Positions 27,959 to 39,045 of a stretch of 64,000 nt of DNA are shown here, piece after piece. The stretch is taken from the sequence record MZ501268.1; one strand, written 5' to 3'. The number at the start of each line of letters is the position of its first letter. Within the stretch, counting starts at the first letter, position 1. The notes below the pieces were generated by a model. The model saw nothing but the letters and a program-made list of their open reading frames with translations, had not been told where the DNA came from and ran no database searches. Both the position numbers and the translations under genes were made by a program.

Positions 27959-29215
27959 ATGGACTCCACATTACTCGACACTGTCAGAGACACCACTGAT
28001 TTGTGTGACTCTCTGATTTCATTAGCACAACGTCTGGAAATGCTGGAACCCATTGCTGCTGAGTCCGTTAACTTCAGTAAGATCTATCACTCGATCAATC
28101 TGAAGGTGGCAAAGATTGCAGCCTCTATGGAATCAATCGGCACCGACGGCATTAACCAGCAGGCAGTGTTAGACATTAATACTGCCATGCCAGGTATCAT
28201 CCCTGACACCATCCCGATTAATGGTTACACCAAAGCTCGTAGTAAGATGAATGTGGGCTTTGCATTAGAGGCGTTGGAAACCGGGAAAGCAGCAATGATC
28301 TCTGGGTCAGTGGCTGGCGTGATCGCAATCATTGTTAAACTGTTCCGTTGGGTGGTCATGACCATCAAGCAATACGTGAAGTCTCGTCGTGATGCCAATC
28401 GCTTAGGGATTAACGTAACGCAGGCTATCCAACGTGCAGGGTCTATCAATGAGTTTCTGTTAGAGCAGTTGGCAAAGACGCCTGAGTTGAAAGCAGCTCG
28501 CCCTGGCTTTGATTGGTTAGCCTCTATCTGGCGTCCACAAAGTGCAGTGTTTGCATTCAATGATGAAGCCCTGGTGCAATGGTGGCCAGAGCTGGTGAAT
28601 GAACTGGAGTACGAGTACGACCAGATCAACACAGCGTTCGCCCATCTGCGCAAAGGCGGTGTGTTTACACCAAACATCGCTAAAGCGCATCAGTCTCCTT
28701 CGATGAAGCGTTTCTTTGAAGCACTCCCACAAGGGTGTGATCGTCAAGGTAACATCGTCGGACTTGAGCTTGCCCAGAAACAGTTTAACGAAGATCCTCA
28801 GCGTGCATTGTTCCAGTTGGCTGAACGACTGCGTTACATGGTCAAACGTGAACCTAAGAGTAAAGGCACTGAGTTCTGTAATGAACTGATCACCATGGGT
28901 CGCTCTATTGAAGCGTACACCAATGTTGATCGTCTGGTGTTTGATCAGTTGAACACCTATGACACCAACAACCGCTTAGGGAAGTTGGAAGAAGCCTTCT
29001 CAGGTCTGTACAAACAAGTCCAAGCAACTCGCTACACTGTTGATCAGTCAATGGTGGATGATTTCGTGTTCTTCGTGAACCGTTATTCTGAGAAGCTGAA
29101 CTGTTTCGTGCAGTTGATCACCATTGTGTCTTACCTGGACAGTTGCAGTTTCCAGTTACTGGAAAACATGTCCAAAGCCACCTTGAAGTACGTAGACATT
29201 GCAGCCAGTAATTAA
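27959..29215 (+). CDS. Head protein with propeptide, related to 26483
   Basis: MPGIIP...GYTKARS.MN...ALE signature. Confidence 0.7.
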   Translation: MDSTLLDTVRDTTDLCDSLISLAQRLEMLEPIAAESVNFSKIYHSINLKVAKIAASMESIGTDGINQQAVLDINTAMPGIIPDTIPINGYTKARSKMNVGFALEALETGKAAMISGSVAGVIAIIVKLFRWVVMTIKQYVKSRRDANRLGINVTQAIQRAGSINEFLLEQLAKTPELKAARPGFDWLASIWRPQSAVFAFNDEALVQWWPELVNELEYEYDQINTAFAHLRKGGVFTPNIAKAHQSPSMKRFFEALPQGCDRQGNIVGLELAQKQFNEDPQRALFQLAERLRYMVKREPKSKGTEFCNELITMGRSIEAYTNVDRLVFDQLNTYDTNNRLGKLEEAFSGLYKQVQATRYTVDQSMVDDFVFFVNRYSEKLNCFVQLITIVSYLDSCSFQLLENMSKATLKYVDIAASN

Positions 29216-29218
29216 ACC

Positions 29219-29269
29219 GGCATAAAGGCCTGGCCCTCCGCAAGGAAGGCCAGAGCCTTGTTTATGCCG
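29219..29269. terminator. Terminator hairpin between convergent genes
   Basis: GGCATAAAGGC...GCCTTGTTTATGCC long imperfect stem. Confidence 0.75.
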
Positions 29270-32219
29270 TTAAGCTGGATTTTGCTGCAGTGTGTTTCAA
29301 GAAGGTGATCGCAATATCTTCTTTCACCGTTAAGGTGTTGTCCGATGCTACGTCGACACGTTTCTTAATAGCACAACGCATGGTGTCATCAAGTGCAGTC
29401 ATGACCTTGATGTCATTGTTCACACCGAGGGCTTTAAACTCGATGTCAACCACATCAGACGTGCGGTATGGTTTCAGTGCATCAACCAGATCGGTCAGGC
29501 CGTAAGTCGCCTTCGCAATCACCCCGGCAATCGCCGCGCTGACCTTGCCGGACAAGTTATCACGCAGAGACGTGTTCTTGTATCCGTTGTCAGTCATGTA
29601 GAAGGTCACATCGAACCCGATCGCTGCAGAGATCTGACGATCCTCACGGGCGTTAGCCACAATGTTAATCAGACCAAGTGTTTGTTTCGGACGCAGGGAC
29701 ACTGTCGTCTTCTCAATCAACTGCGACTTCACCTGGACCATGTCTTCGGTTACCCAGTCAACCAGATCAGTAATCACCGTTGTGATGTACGACTGATCCA
29801 ATGCATTACCGGTAAAGTAATACACGCCATCCAGACCTACAATATCAATCTCACGCATGACCACACGTTCATTAAGAGGAATCGGGTTACCCTGTTCATC
29901 CGACTTAATGTCACCGATGCGATAGCGATAGATGATGTTGTTCTCGGCGTCATACATGATGTCGCCTTTGGCATGGATGATGATAGGCTGGTTGTTGGCA
30001 TCAAAGACTAACTGGTTGGTGATTGGATCACGCTGGTAAGTCGTCTCTGCATAACGCCACGGAACATCCACATCGTACTTCTGGTATTCGATGTCAGACA
30101 CCACAGAACGTGAACGCTGGTACAGGTAGGTTAACGCTTTACCCATGACCACGTCGTACGACTGCTCAGTCACCACCACGAATTGCTGTGGTAGATAGAA
30201 CGCACCCAGTTTCTTATCACTGTCACTGAACACCACATCGTTAGGTGATTTGTTCACCGCGATACAGTTTAGCAGGATGAAGTTCTTCTCAAGCACAGAA
30301 CGCAGCTTAGAAGGACTGTTACCAAACTGACCAAAGGACGTCAGGATGATTTCATCTTCATCAGTGATGTCAAGGTTACTGTCGATATCAAACTGCCAGA
30401 CACGCTCACGTGTTGACGTCCGTCCGATCATTGTGCCGTTCAGGTAGCCGTAGTTGGATTCCCCTTCTGGCATGAACAGTAACTGACAAGCCACGTCGGT
30501 ATCCAACAGGTTCTTGTAGTAATCCCCTGAACTGGTCACCACAGTCGCCCGGTAGCCATTAGCCGTCTTCGTGAAGGTGAAGCTATCCGCAACCAGCTCA
30601 ACCCCAATGGAGTTGTTCTCGTAACTGAACACCCGGCTTGGTACTGATGGATTATCCAGATCATACACCCGTGTCGTGAACGCATCGTTATTGGCATCGA
30701 GTACCATATAGAACGGCGAGTACATAAACACGTTGTTATTGATCGTGACCGCACGCGCATCCAGACCCGACGTATTGATCACCCCAAGCTCGGCATCAGA
30801 GACCATGTTGTAAATACCGCTGGTCAGTCGATACAATGCAGTTGGGGTAAGGGTGATGCGGTTGCCGTTATCACGTACAGCCGAGTTACTCACCAACTGC
30901 GCCATAGACGCCTGCAGTGTCACAATACCTGTGCCGGCCGGGGTGCTGATGTCAGACTTGTTAGCCTGTGCGTTCAGTGACCGTGTGGCATGGTAAATAC
31001 GTTGTGTCACCGTGTCTTCCGATTTCAAGGAACCGTACCCTAAATCAGAGAGGGTCTTGGAAACCTGCGCTTCGGTGATTGGTAAGGTGGTTTGGTTCGC
31101 AGCATAAATGACATCTTCACGCAACTGATCAATCGTCGTCCCGTTAGCACCACCGACCACACCCGAGGTGATTGACATGGTCTTCTCATTAAAGACGGTC
31201 AATGGGGTTGCGTATTTGTCCAATACCCCATCTTCGTAGTTAAAGTCACGATAGACCGCGCTGATCGACGAAGTGGTTAAGGACAAGGTCTCGATGATCA
31301 ATTCACCTTTACTGGTGTAAACATCGGTACGCACCTGACGACCCACACCCAGACGGTTTGTGATATAGATCTCTGGCAACACCATCTTTACGGAGTCTTC
31401 CAATACCTGAGCCACAAAGGTCAGCTTGGCATTATCATACACCAAATCACTGTGAGTAACGTACGCTTCCTCCCAGGCATCGGTAACGTTCGCACGGGTG
31501 AAGACACGAACATAATAGAACTGATCGCCGTTTAATGGGAAGGTGTTACGAAAACCACTGATGTTGGTAATCTGACCGTAATACGGGTTTGCATCAAACT
31601 GACGCAAGGGCACTGTAATGTAGAGAAGTTCAACGCCGTTATAGATCGCCGTCTTCCAGGTCAGCTGGTTCGTCTCAACAGTCATCAATGGCGTTGGCTG
31701 AGAAACATCGTACACCACCACGAAACCGCCGTGCTTCATCACACGAATTTCAATCGGGTATTCCAGACTGAAGGTAACATCCATGACCGTGATCTCGGTG
31801 TTACGTGGAATCACCATCTTGGAATAGACGCTGTCGATGTCATCATTACCATCGCTGTCGAGTTGCACCGCACGAGTACGGATCTCATCAGCATTGAAGA
31901 TGAAGTTGGTGGTGATGCGAGAAGGCGTACAGAAACGGTCTTTGTAATCTTCATCACTCATGTTGCGATACAGATCACTGTAAGACCGGGCCATCTTTGG
32001 ATAGAACGCCGTGTACTGGTCGGTGTGGTTCTGCATCACCGCGGCACCGGTTAGGGCCACTAACTCAAAAGCAAACATCGCCGGGTTGGTGGCATTCATG
32101 ATGTCCACGGTACCGTCCATGTTCTGGTCTAACAGATCGAGTGCATAGTCCATCATTAAAGACGGATCATTGCGCAGATCGATCATCTGTTGTTTACGTG
32201 TGTCGATGTCGTCGCTCAT
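29262..32219 (-). CDS. Baseplate wedge-like protein (gp87-like)
   Basis: 985 aa; VVGGANGTTIDQLRE matches the baseplate-J/gp6 GG.D.E pattern; synteny. Confidence 0.7.
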   Translation of the reverse strand: MSDDIDTRKQQMIDLRNDPSLMMDYALDLLDQNMDGTVDIMNATNPAMFAFELVALTGAAVMQNHTDQYTAFYPKMARSYSDLYRNMSDEDYKDRFCTPSRITTNFIFNADEIRTRAVQLDSDGNDDIDSVYSKMVIPRNTEITVMDVTFSLEYPIEIRVMKHGGFVVVYDVSQPTPLMTVETNQLTWKTAIYNGVELLYITVPLRQFDANPYYGQITNISGFRNTFPLNGDQFYYVRVFTRANVTDAWEEAYVTHSDLVYDNAKLTFVAQVLEDSVKMVLPEIYITNRLGVGRQVRTDVYTSKGELIIETLSLTTSSISAVYRDFNYEDGVLDKYATPLTVFNEKTMSITSGVVGGANGTTIDQLREDVIYAANQTTLPITEAQVSKTLSDLGYGSLKSEDTVTQRIYHATRSLNAQANKSDISTPAGTGIVTLQASMAQLVSNSAVRDNGNRITLTPTALYRLTSGIYNMVSDAELGVINTSGLDARAVTINNNVFMYSPFYMVLDANNDAFTTRVYDLDNPSVPSRVFSYENNSIGVELVADSFTFTKTANGYRATVVTSSGDYYKNLLDTDVACQLLFMPEGESNYGYLNGTMIGRTSTRERVWQFDIDSNLDITDEDEIILTSFGQFGNSPSKLRSVLEKNFILLNCIAVNKSPNDVVFSDSDKKLGAFYLPQQFVVVTEQSYDVVMGKALTYLYQRSRSVVSDIEYQKYDVDVPWRYAETTYQRDPITNQLVFDANNQPIIIHAKGDIMYDAENNIIYRYRIGDIKSDEQGNPIPLNERVVMREIDIVGLDGVYYFTGNALDQSYITTVITDLVDWVTEDMVQVKSQLIEKTTVSLRPKQTLGLINIVANAREDRQISAAIGFDVTFYMTDNGYKNTSLRDNLSGKVSAAIAGVIAKATYGLTDLVDALKPYRTSDVVDIEFKALGVNNDIKVMTALDDTMRCAIKKRVDVASDNTLTVKEDIAITFLKHTAAKSSLTA

Positions 32220-32228
32220 CGTGGCCTC

Positions 32229-33254
32229 TTATTTTGAATCCTTCGGAACCCACCATTGGAATTCGTTAGTCATAACGTCAATGTACGGGTAACCAATAAA
32301 GTTGTAACGTTGCATTTCTGAAGGAGAGATCTTCCGATAGAACGTATTGCGGTTGGCAGCTTTCATTTGCGGGTTGAACAGTTCAACGGTGCTGTTGAAA
32401 TCAAGGATCAACGACTGGGTATTATACCGCCAGCCCACACACTGCCAGTTACAACTGATTTGGTTGTTGTTCTTAATTAATGGCGTGTCTTTAGTCGTAC
32501 CAAAGTCAAACGCATTACCAATTGGGTTCGTGGTACAGATCGCAGCATAAGGCGCACCGATCTTGGTCACGTAGCGATACGTCTGATCCAGGATGATGCG
32601 ATACGGCCTGATGGTGTAATCAATATAGTTGTTAACAATGGCGTCCCAATAGGGAACCATCTCACCGAGGTACACCGACGAGCTGTATGTTTGCAGCAAA
32701 TCCAGAATCATGGTGATCGGGTCACCGGAGATATTGGTGTGTGTTGACGTCAACTGATACGGTTCATTAAACTCTGCCTGACCATCAACCATTGACCAGG
32801 TTTCTTTACGCGCACCCGGTGGTGCAGTAAAGGTATCGATCACGATATCTGGAAAACCGGTCATGGATTCCAAGGTGTTTGATAAGATCGGCAAGAAAGC
32901 CTGTTGATTATCAAACAGCTCAGAGTAACTATTTCGGGTCACTGTTCCGTCTCGATCGAACATGGAACGGATAGCACCAGGGATCGTATTGGCATTATTT
33001 GAGGCCAACGATAACAGCTTTTCTTGGCGATTCAGATTATCGTATGACAGGTTAAGGATTGGGCGTGTAAAAAAGGTATACCCCATAACGTCTTTGTTGA
33101 TGGGTAGAAAGGCGCTACGGTTACTAAATTTGTTTAGACCCCAATAGTTATGCGCAAGCGATGAGGTTACACTACCATACCCGGACTCCCTTGCAGCCGA
33201 GTCAATACTCTCGGTCCACAACCCAGGAACGTAGTCGTTGTCGTTATCGGCCAT
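32229..33254 (-). CDS. Tail/baseplate structural protein (gp88-like)
   Basis: 341 aa; GYTFFTRPILNL; synteny. Confidence 0.65.
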   Translation of the reverse strand: MADNDNDYVPGLWTESIDSAARESGYGSVTSSLAHNYWGLNKFSNRSAFLPINKDVMGYTFFTRPILNLSYDNLNRQEKLLSLASNNANTIPGAIRSMFDRDGTVTRNSYSELFDNQQAFLPILSNTLESMTGFPDIVIDTFTAPPGARKETWSMVDGQAEFNEPYQLTSTHTNISGDPITMILDLLQTYSSSVYLGEMVPYWDAIVNNYIDYTIRPYRIILDQTYRYVTKIGAPYAAICTTNPIGNAFDFGTTKDTPLIKNNNQISCNWQCVGWRYNTQSLILDFNSTVELFNPQMKAANRNTFYRKISPSEMQRYNFIGYPYIDVMTNEFQWWVPKDSK

Positions 33255-33305
33255 TACTCATCACCTCTTTAAAATAGAATATCCGTTGAATCATAGGAGT
33301 GCTTT

Positions 33306-34472
33306 ATGTTACCAGTCATTACGGGGGCGATTACACTGGCCAGTTCGCTTGCTCTTGTTGCTGAGCGTATTATGGCAGCAAAGAAGACCGCTGGCGAGAT
33401 TACCGGTAGTGTTGACAAGACCCTGACTACTTTAGGTCAGATGGGTACACGTGACTTGGTTACGTTTACCAAAGTTACCCGCATGGAACCTCTGGTCTTG
33501 TTAGACGACAAATTAAAGTTTGATCCGTCTACACCGGAAATCCTGCAAGTGCTGACCAGTTTGATTGCAGGTTACTATACCCAGGCGTTTGCGTTGCTCG
33601 GTCAAATTGACGGCATCGACGTAGTCGGTACCCTGGATAAACTGAACCCGTCTCGTACTGGTATCGGCCTGAACAACTTCGAAGGCGATCTGGAGAAAGA
33701 AGGTCTCCATAAATTTAGCAATCAGTCAAATACTTCTCTCTATAGTATCGGGATGGAAGCGATGGCTGAAGTGCAGTCTTCTGAGAACAAGCCGGTTAAA
33801 ATCCAAACAGACAAGAACGTGGTGGCAGACATTTCAGCACCCACTAACCTGGCTCTTGGTAAGATGATCAAAGTTACCCTGACCTCTAACGGTAACGTCA
33901 TCGAAATCCCAATCACCATTCGTGTGAAGCCTGTGACCACCACCAGTGAAGCTGTTACTGCTATCCTGGCGATCGGTACCTCGAAGAACACCGTGGCTGA
34001 GCGTTGGAACCGTTTCCGTGCAGGCGAGCTGACCTTCACTAACCTGGCAACCGGTGATGACGTTATTCGTCAGCACAAGAAAATCCTGATTCAGGATACC
34101 TCCGGCTTTTATGCTGAGGTGGTACGCCGTGCCCGTGGCAACGCGAAGAAAGGTGCACTCTCTGGTAACCTGTCTCTGGCAACCGACTCTAACGTGGTGA
34201 TGATCTCTGCCTCCACTGCGCTGGAAGTGGGTCGTGAACTGGGTGGTGAACTGTCTAACTTCAAGATCCGTGAAGCGATGTTCTCCAAGGTCTATTCCAA
34301 CATGCTGATCATTGTTGATGACCTGCGTGGAATGGTTTCCTTCTACTACCGCGGTGAATCCCTGCCGAACGTGTTATCACTGCAGGACATCAAGCTGTAT
34401 AATAAAGGCAGCGGTCCAGACATCATGTCGATCTTCAGCGCCTTTGCTGAAAACAAAATCCCTTCTCTTTAA
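33306..34472 (+). CDS. Inner-body/head protein (gp89-like)
   Basis: 388 aa; GME site; AGGAG RBS; synteny. Confidence 0.75.
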   Translation: MLPVITGAITLASSLALVAERIMAAKKTAGEITGSVDKTLTTLGQMGTRDLVTFTKVTRMEPLVLLDDKLKFDPSTPEILQVLTSLIAGYYTQAFALLGQIDGIDVVGTLDKLNPSRTGIGLNNFEGDLEKEGLHKFSNQSNTSLYSIGMEAMAEVQSSENKPVKIQTDKNVVADISAPTNLALGKMIKVTLTSNGNVIEIPITIRVKPVTTTSEAVTAILAIGTSKNTVAERWNRFRAGELTFTNLATGDDVIRQHKKILIQDTSGFYAEVVRRARGNAKKGALSGNLSLATDSNVVMISASTALEVGRELGGELSNFKIREAMFSKVYSNMLIIVDDLRGMVSFYYRGESLPNVLSLQDIKLYNKGSGPDIMSIFSAFAENKIPSL

Positions 34473-34484
34473 GGATCTCGTTCG

Positions 34485-35390
34485 ATGAACATTTTTAATT
34501 ACGTCAAGAACCTGGTCGGTACTGTCGACAAGCGTGATGTCTTAGGTGAGATTGACGCGTTGAGTGATGAACTCACCCGCTTTACCATCAGCAACTTCGC
34601 AAAAGCTATCGATGTGAACGTGAACACCGATGGTAGCAACTACTACGTGAAACAACTGAGCCGTGAATTCGCGAAAGTGAAACAGGTCGAAGGGTTGCGT
34701 GGACAGAACCTGATTATCCAAACCTTTATTACGCTTAAGCAATTAACGCTGACACTGGAATGGATGCGCAAACAGGTTGAGCGTGAATACGGCGGCCGTA
34801 TTGCTCGTGAAGCAGTTGACTTCAAACAAGCCAACTTCCTGCGCTTTATCGACTCGATCGATTTCTATCTGCGCTATGCACGCTCCATGCTGCTGGTTGT
34901 CACTACCCTGAACGCCAATCAGAACGAAGACATCACCAAAGGCTTTACCGTTCATGAAATCCGTTTCCTGACCGATACTGCGGTGCACTTCGTTTATCTG
35001 ACTGCGATGTTCGCTCAGCCGGTAAGCGTGACTGAGAAAGTGTTTGATGCCGTACCATCCGTGGTGGTGTCTGATGCTGACCAACAGGCGATCGAAGCAG
35101 TGCTCGGTGCGAAGACCGATGTGACAAAGTCTGGGTTTATCCCACTGGGTTACAATCTGTTCTTCCTGATTGGGCGCGCACGTGCTGAACGCCGTGTTAA
35201 ACGTCTGCGTGCTGCTGAAGCGGCAGCCATTGCAACTGAGCTGACCTTAAGCAAGTTGCTGGACAAGCAGGCCGGTGGTAGTGACGATCCGAGTATCCAG
35301 AAACAGATCGAGCATTACCAAAATCAGTTGAATAAACTGAACCATGAAATTGATGCGATCAATGCATCGGTTTCACCAGTGGTAGCATAA
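34485..35390 (+). CDS. Inner-body protein (gp90-like)
   Basis: 301 aa; synteny and size. Confidence 0.7.
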   Translation: MNIFNYVKNLVGTVDKRDVLGEIDALSDELTRFTISNFAKAIDVNVNTDGSNYYVKQLSREFAKVKQVEGLRGQNLIIQTFITLKQLTLTLEWMRKQVEREYGGRIAREAVDFKQANFLRFIDSIDFYLRYARSMLLVVTTLNANQNEDITKGFTVHEIRFLTDTAVHFVYLTAMFAQPVSVTEKVFDAVPSVVVSDADQQAIEAVLGAKTDVTKSGFIPLGYNLFFLIGRARAERRVKRLRAAEAAAIATELTLSKLLDKQAGGSDDPSIQKQIEHYQNQLNKLNHEIDAINASVSPVVA

Positions 35391-35400
35391 GGAGTCCGTC

Positions 35401-35940
35401 ATGGCAGATCGTGTTAGCACAGGTGCCGAGATTATCTACGGTACCGGCTTTACTTCCCATGGCGGGCCAGGTCAGTCTGGTGTGAAGATCAATGTGGATA
35501 ACAATGTTATTGACTTGTATCAACGCATGGCCGCTAACCTGTCGCTGGTTGATAACTTTAACTTCCGTCGTGAAGTGTGTGTCACCGCCGCCCGTTTGTT
35601 ATTCCCGCTACCCAATTGGCTGTTAGCCACGCGGGGTAATTACCTGCACTCAAAACATGCGCTGCTGTTTGCGCGTGACTTGGCGAAGGTGGCAATGGAG
35701 CAATCGCCGGACATGTCTATCATGACCCGCATGCGCTTGTTCTCCCCCAACGCAGTGAAGTCTAACCCGGGTGAATTGAATGCATCGAACTTTGATGCGC
35801 TTGATCTGATCCCGAACAAATTTATTGACGAGTTGCGCACTTACTCTAACGGTACGCAGCTGGCCAACCTGACCCGTGATTCACAGCGTGTCAAGGACCT
35901 GGTAACGTCATTATATGTCATGTTTGGTTCTGTTGAATAA
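35401..35940 (+). CDS. Virion protein (gp91-like)
   Basis: 179 aa; AAGGAG RBS; synteny. Confidence 0.65.
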   Translation: MADRVSTGAEIIYGTGFTSHGGPGQSGVKINVDNNVIDLYQRMAANLSLVDNFNFRREVCVTAARLLFPLPNWLLATRGNYLHSKHALLFARDLAKVAMEQSPDMSIMTRMRLFSPNAVKSNPGELNASNFDALDLIPNKFIDELRTYSNGTQLANLTRDSQRVKDLVTSLYVMFGSVE

Positions 35941-35977
35941 CAGGCCTCAAAATCGGAATATAGAGGACACGTAAAAA

Positions 35978-37555
35978 ATGAGTAAAGCATACCTCAATAC
36001 ACTGCTGAGTGCAGGTAATGAAGCGTTTGACGAAGCCGGCCAGCCTGCTCCGGTAGTGGTGGTTGATGCTCCGGTTGAAGTGCCTGTTGTTGCAGACCCA
36101 GCGCCAGTCGATCCAGTTTCACCGGAAGAGCCAGCGCCCGTTGTCGATACTCAGGATCCGACTGAACCAGATCCAGAACCTGTTTCTGTTGTGCTGGCAA
36201 TCAATGAAGATGAGAAAGAACTGGTCATCGCTTCTACTGAAGCGGCTCAGGCTGAAATCTCTCTGATCGATTCTGATTGCGCGCTGGAAGAAGTTGAAGA
36301 CCAGCTGGGCGAGCAGATCCAGGTTGTGGTTGAAACTGAAAACGTTGTGGCATCCATGGAATCCTTCGTGGGTTCTGCCATGACCATGCAAGACGCGGTT
36401 GCGCTGCAGCAGTGGGTGACCTCTGCAACCCGTGGTGAATACGACCAGGGTAAAGTGGTTGGCTCCCTTGAAAGCTTCGGTAACGACGTCTCTACTGATG
36501 ACGCACTGAACGCGGGTCTGGAAGGTCTGGGTGAATTCCTGAAAGCAGCTCGTAACAAAGCTGCTGATCTGCGTAAAGTGATGGTTGCTCGCTGGAACTC
36601 GTTCTTCAAAGATGCCTTCGTGGGCTTTGACAAAGTAGCACGTCGTGCTGATGCACTGGCGAAGCTTGCTAAGAACACTGCCGGCGAATCCAACTCATCT
36701 ACGATTCAGCTGCCGCTGGATACTGCATGGCGTCTGGTGCGTGAAGGCAAAGTCTCTGAGAACCTGCCAAAAGATCTGGGTGACCTGAGCAAGTTTGCCA
36801 AAGCAGTCTTTAAAGACAACGCCGAAGCGCTGACCATCCACCGTAAGAAACTGATCGACATCGCGGTTCGTCTGTCTACTGCAGATTACGACGATGCACT
36901 GAAGATCGGTAAAGAGCTGGTTGCTTATGAGCTGCCAGGTGTGGGTGTTTGTAAAACCAAAGTGGTTAACAACTCTAACACTGTTGATGTATTCCGTTCT
37001 GATGAATTCCTGGGCGGCATCTCAATCTTCTTCTGCAAGCCAGTCGACAAGATCAACGCGCAGTTACCTCTGCCGCGTCAGCTGGGTGATAAGTTCAACA
37101 GCATCATCGCCACTGACATCAGCATTGCAGAAACCGGTAAGAAAACACCGAAGCTGGATGTTTCTATCGATACCCTGCAGCCTGCTGAGATCGCGAAACT
37201 GGCTGATGATGTTAACGCCATCCTGGGTGACATCAAACAGTACCGCACCAACTACGGTGACTGGTATGCGTCGAACACTGAGCTGGATCGTGTTATCCAC
37301 ATTCTGGCATCTGTTCCATGGTCTGGCGATTCCGGCACTACCGTTGTTAACGAATCCGACACCGGTACACAGGTGACCTTCTTTGGTCTGAACAACGACC
37401 TGGCTGATGTGATTGACGGTATGAACGATACCTACAGCTACCTGACTGTTGCGCCTATCCGTGCACTGACTGCAGAGCTGATGCCAATCCTGAACCGTGC
37501 ACTGGAAGTGGGTGAGCGTTCTCTGGCTACCTACAGCGACAACAACCTGGCGTAA
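35978..37555 (+). CDS. Inner-body/ejection protein, gp93-family paralog
   Basis: Acidic propeptide with GNE, SME, SLE and GLE sites. Confidence 0.75.
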   Translation: MSKAYLNTLLSAGNEAFDEAGQPAPVVVVDAPVEVPVVADPAPVDPVSPEEPAPVVDTQDPTEPDPEPVSVVLAINEDEKELVIASTEAAQAEISLIDSDCALEEVEDQLGEQIQVVVETENVVASMESFVGSAMTMQDAVALQQWVTSATRGEYDQGKVVGSLESFGNDVSTDDALNAGLEGLGEFLKAARNKAADLRKVMVARWNSFFKDAFVGFDKVARRADALAKLAKNTAGESNSSTIQLPLDTAWRLVREGKVSENLPKDLGDLSKFAKAVFKDNAEALTIHRKKLIDIAVRLSTADYDDALKIGKELVAYELPGVGVCKTKVVNNSNTVDVFRSDEFLGGISIFFCKPVDKINAQLPLPRQLGDKFNSIIATDISIAETGKKTPKLDVSIDTLQPAEIAKLADDVNAILGDIKQYRTNYGDWYASNTELDRVIHILASVPWSGDSGTTVVNESDTGTQVTFFGLNNDLADVIDGMNDTYSYLTVAPIRALTAELMPILNRALEVGERSLATYSDNNLA

Positions 37556-37573
37556 CCGTCATAAGGCAAAGAG

Positions 37574-39034
37574 ATGTCTTTACATCAAAAGCTCCTCTCT
37601 GCCGGTTTGGAGGCGTTTGACGCGCCTCCAGCACTTGCAGACGTTACACCTGCTCAGTTGAAGAATGTCTTCGGTGGAAATGACCCCACTGTACTTGACA
37701 CTCCTCCACCGGGCGTTGAAGTTGTTGAAGTCACCGCACCCAGTCCATTTGATCCAGGTTATGTAGATAGCGAAGAGCTGCTGCGTGAAGAAACTGAAGC
37801 CCGTTTAGCGATCGTGTCTATCATCGAAGCTGAACGTGAAGAAGAAGACTCGCGTGCTGCTGTTTACGAACTGCGTCGCCTGTCCGATGGTCTGGAAGGG
37901 CTGATGGTTGAAATTCAGAATGTTAACAATCCTGAAGAACCAACCGAAGATGAACTGGCTATGTTGCGTTCAACCGCAATGCAGGTGCGCAAAGAACTCC
38001 TGGAAGATGACGAGCAACAGCTGGTGATCGACGTGGAGAACGGCGTGCTGGTCGGTTCACAAGAAGGCCTGGCAGATGCGCTCAGTAATGTGGCGAAGAA
38101 GATCGGCTTTGCATTAGGGAATGCTGCGAAAGGTTTATTGAGTAAAGGCGAGCAGGCGAAGAAGCCGTTGTCTTATAACCGTAAACTGGCAGCTGAACTG
38201 AAAGCGAAGATCGATAAGCTCGGGACTACCGAGTTTGCCTTTACCATGCCAGCTGATCTGGTGCGGCAGATTCGTGTGAGTGAATCCGGTTCGGTTGATG
38301 CGATCAAAGCAGTATCAGATTTCCCTGCAGCACTTGAAGCCTGGTATCTGACTCCTGCCGATGCAGCAATGAATCTGTTTGAGAAACACGCTAACATCCT
38401 GCAGTCTGTTGCCAGTAGCAAAAGTCGCGAAGAGTTCATCACGAACTATGCGAAACTTGGCTCTCTGGCTCCACCGCTTCCTGCTGGTGCCAAACGCCTG
38501 GATCCGATTAACACGAAGAACTATATCTTCGACGTTAGTGAACATCACCCAACCATGGGTCATGTGGCTCGCTACTATTATGTTGCGCGTCCGGATGTGG
38601 GTAAAACACCTGAAGATAAAGCGCTGGACAATGTCATTGCCCTGGCACAGTACTCAACCGGGATCTATCCGTTCGATAAGATCTCTGGGCGTAAAGCCAC
38701 TGACGAGCAGGTGAAGTTCAGTGCGGCTGAAGTCAAAGGCTTCCTGGATGACATGCTGAAAGCGTGCGACGTGATCGATAAGTACCTTTCACGTTTCTCG
38801 GTTGCCGGTACAATGGATAAGCGCTACAACGCTCTGGTTGATTTACTCAATAACGGTTTGCGTAAAGAAGAGTGGTGTTCTAAAGAAGTCAACAGCATGG
38901 CACACGTGGCGTTGATCTCGATGGATGCGTATTATTCGTACGGGTTTGCTTATATCAATCGTGCCTATGAACTGATGGGCGTTATCGTCAAGTTGGTGAA
39001 GAAGGCCGTGTATAAATCTGACCTCAGTAAGTAA
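37574..39034 (+). CDS. Inner-body/ejection protein, gp93-family paralog
   Basis: AGLEAF, GLEGL and SQEGL sites. Confidence 0.75.
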   Translation: MSLHQKLLSAGLEAFDAPPALADVTPAQLKNVFGGNDPTVLDTPPPGVEVVEVTAPSPFDPGYVDSEELLREETEARLAIVSIIEAEREEEDSRAAVYELRRLSDGLEGLMVEIQNVNNPEEPTEDELAMLRSTAMQVRKELLEDDEQQLVIDVENGVLVGSQEGLADALSNVAKKIGFALGNAAKGLLSKGEQAKKPLSYNRKLAAELKAKIDKLGTTEFAFTMPADLVRQIRVSESGSVDAIKAVSDFPAALEAWYLTPADAAMNLFEKHANILQSVASSKSREEFITNYAKLGSLAPPLPAGAKRLDPINTKNYIFDVSEHHPTMGHVARYYYVARPDVGKTPEDKALDNVIALAQYSTGIYPFDKISGRKATDEQVKFSAAEVKGFLDDMLKACDVIDKYLSRFSVAGTMDKRYNALVDLLNNGLRKEEWCSKEVNSMAHVALISMDAYYSYGFAYINRAYELMGVIVKLVKKAVYKSDLSK

Positions 39035-39045
39035 ACGGAGAAAAC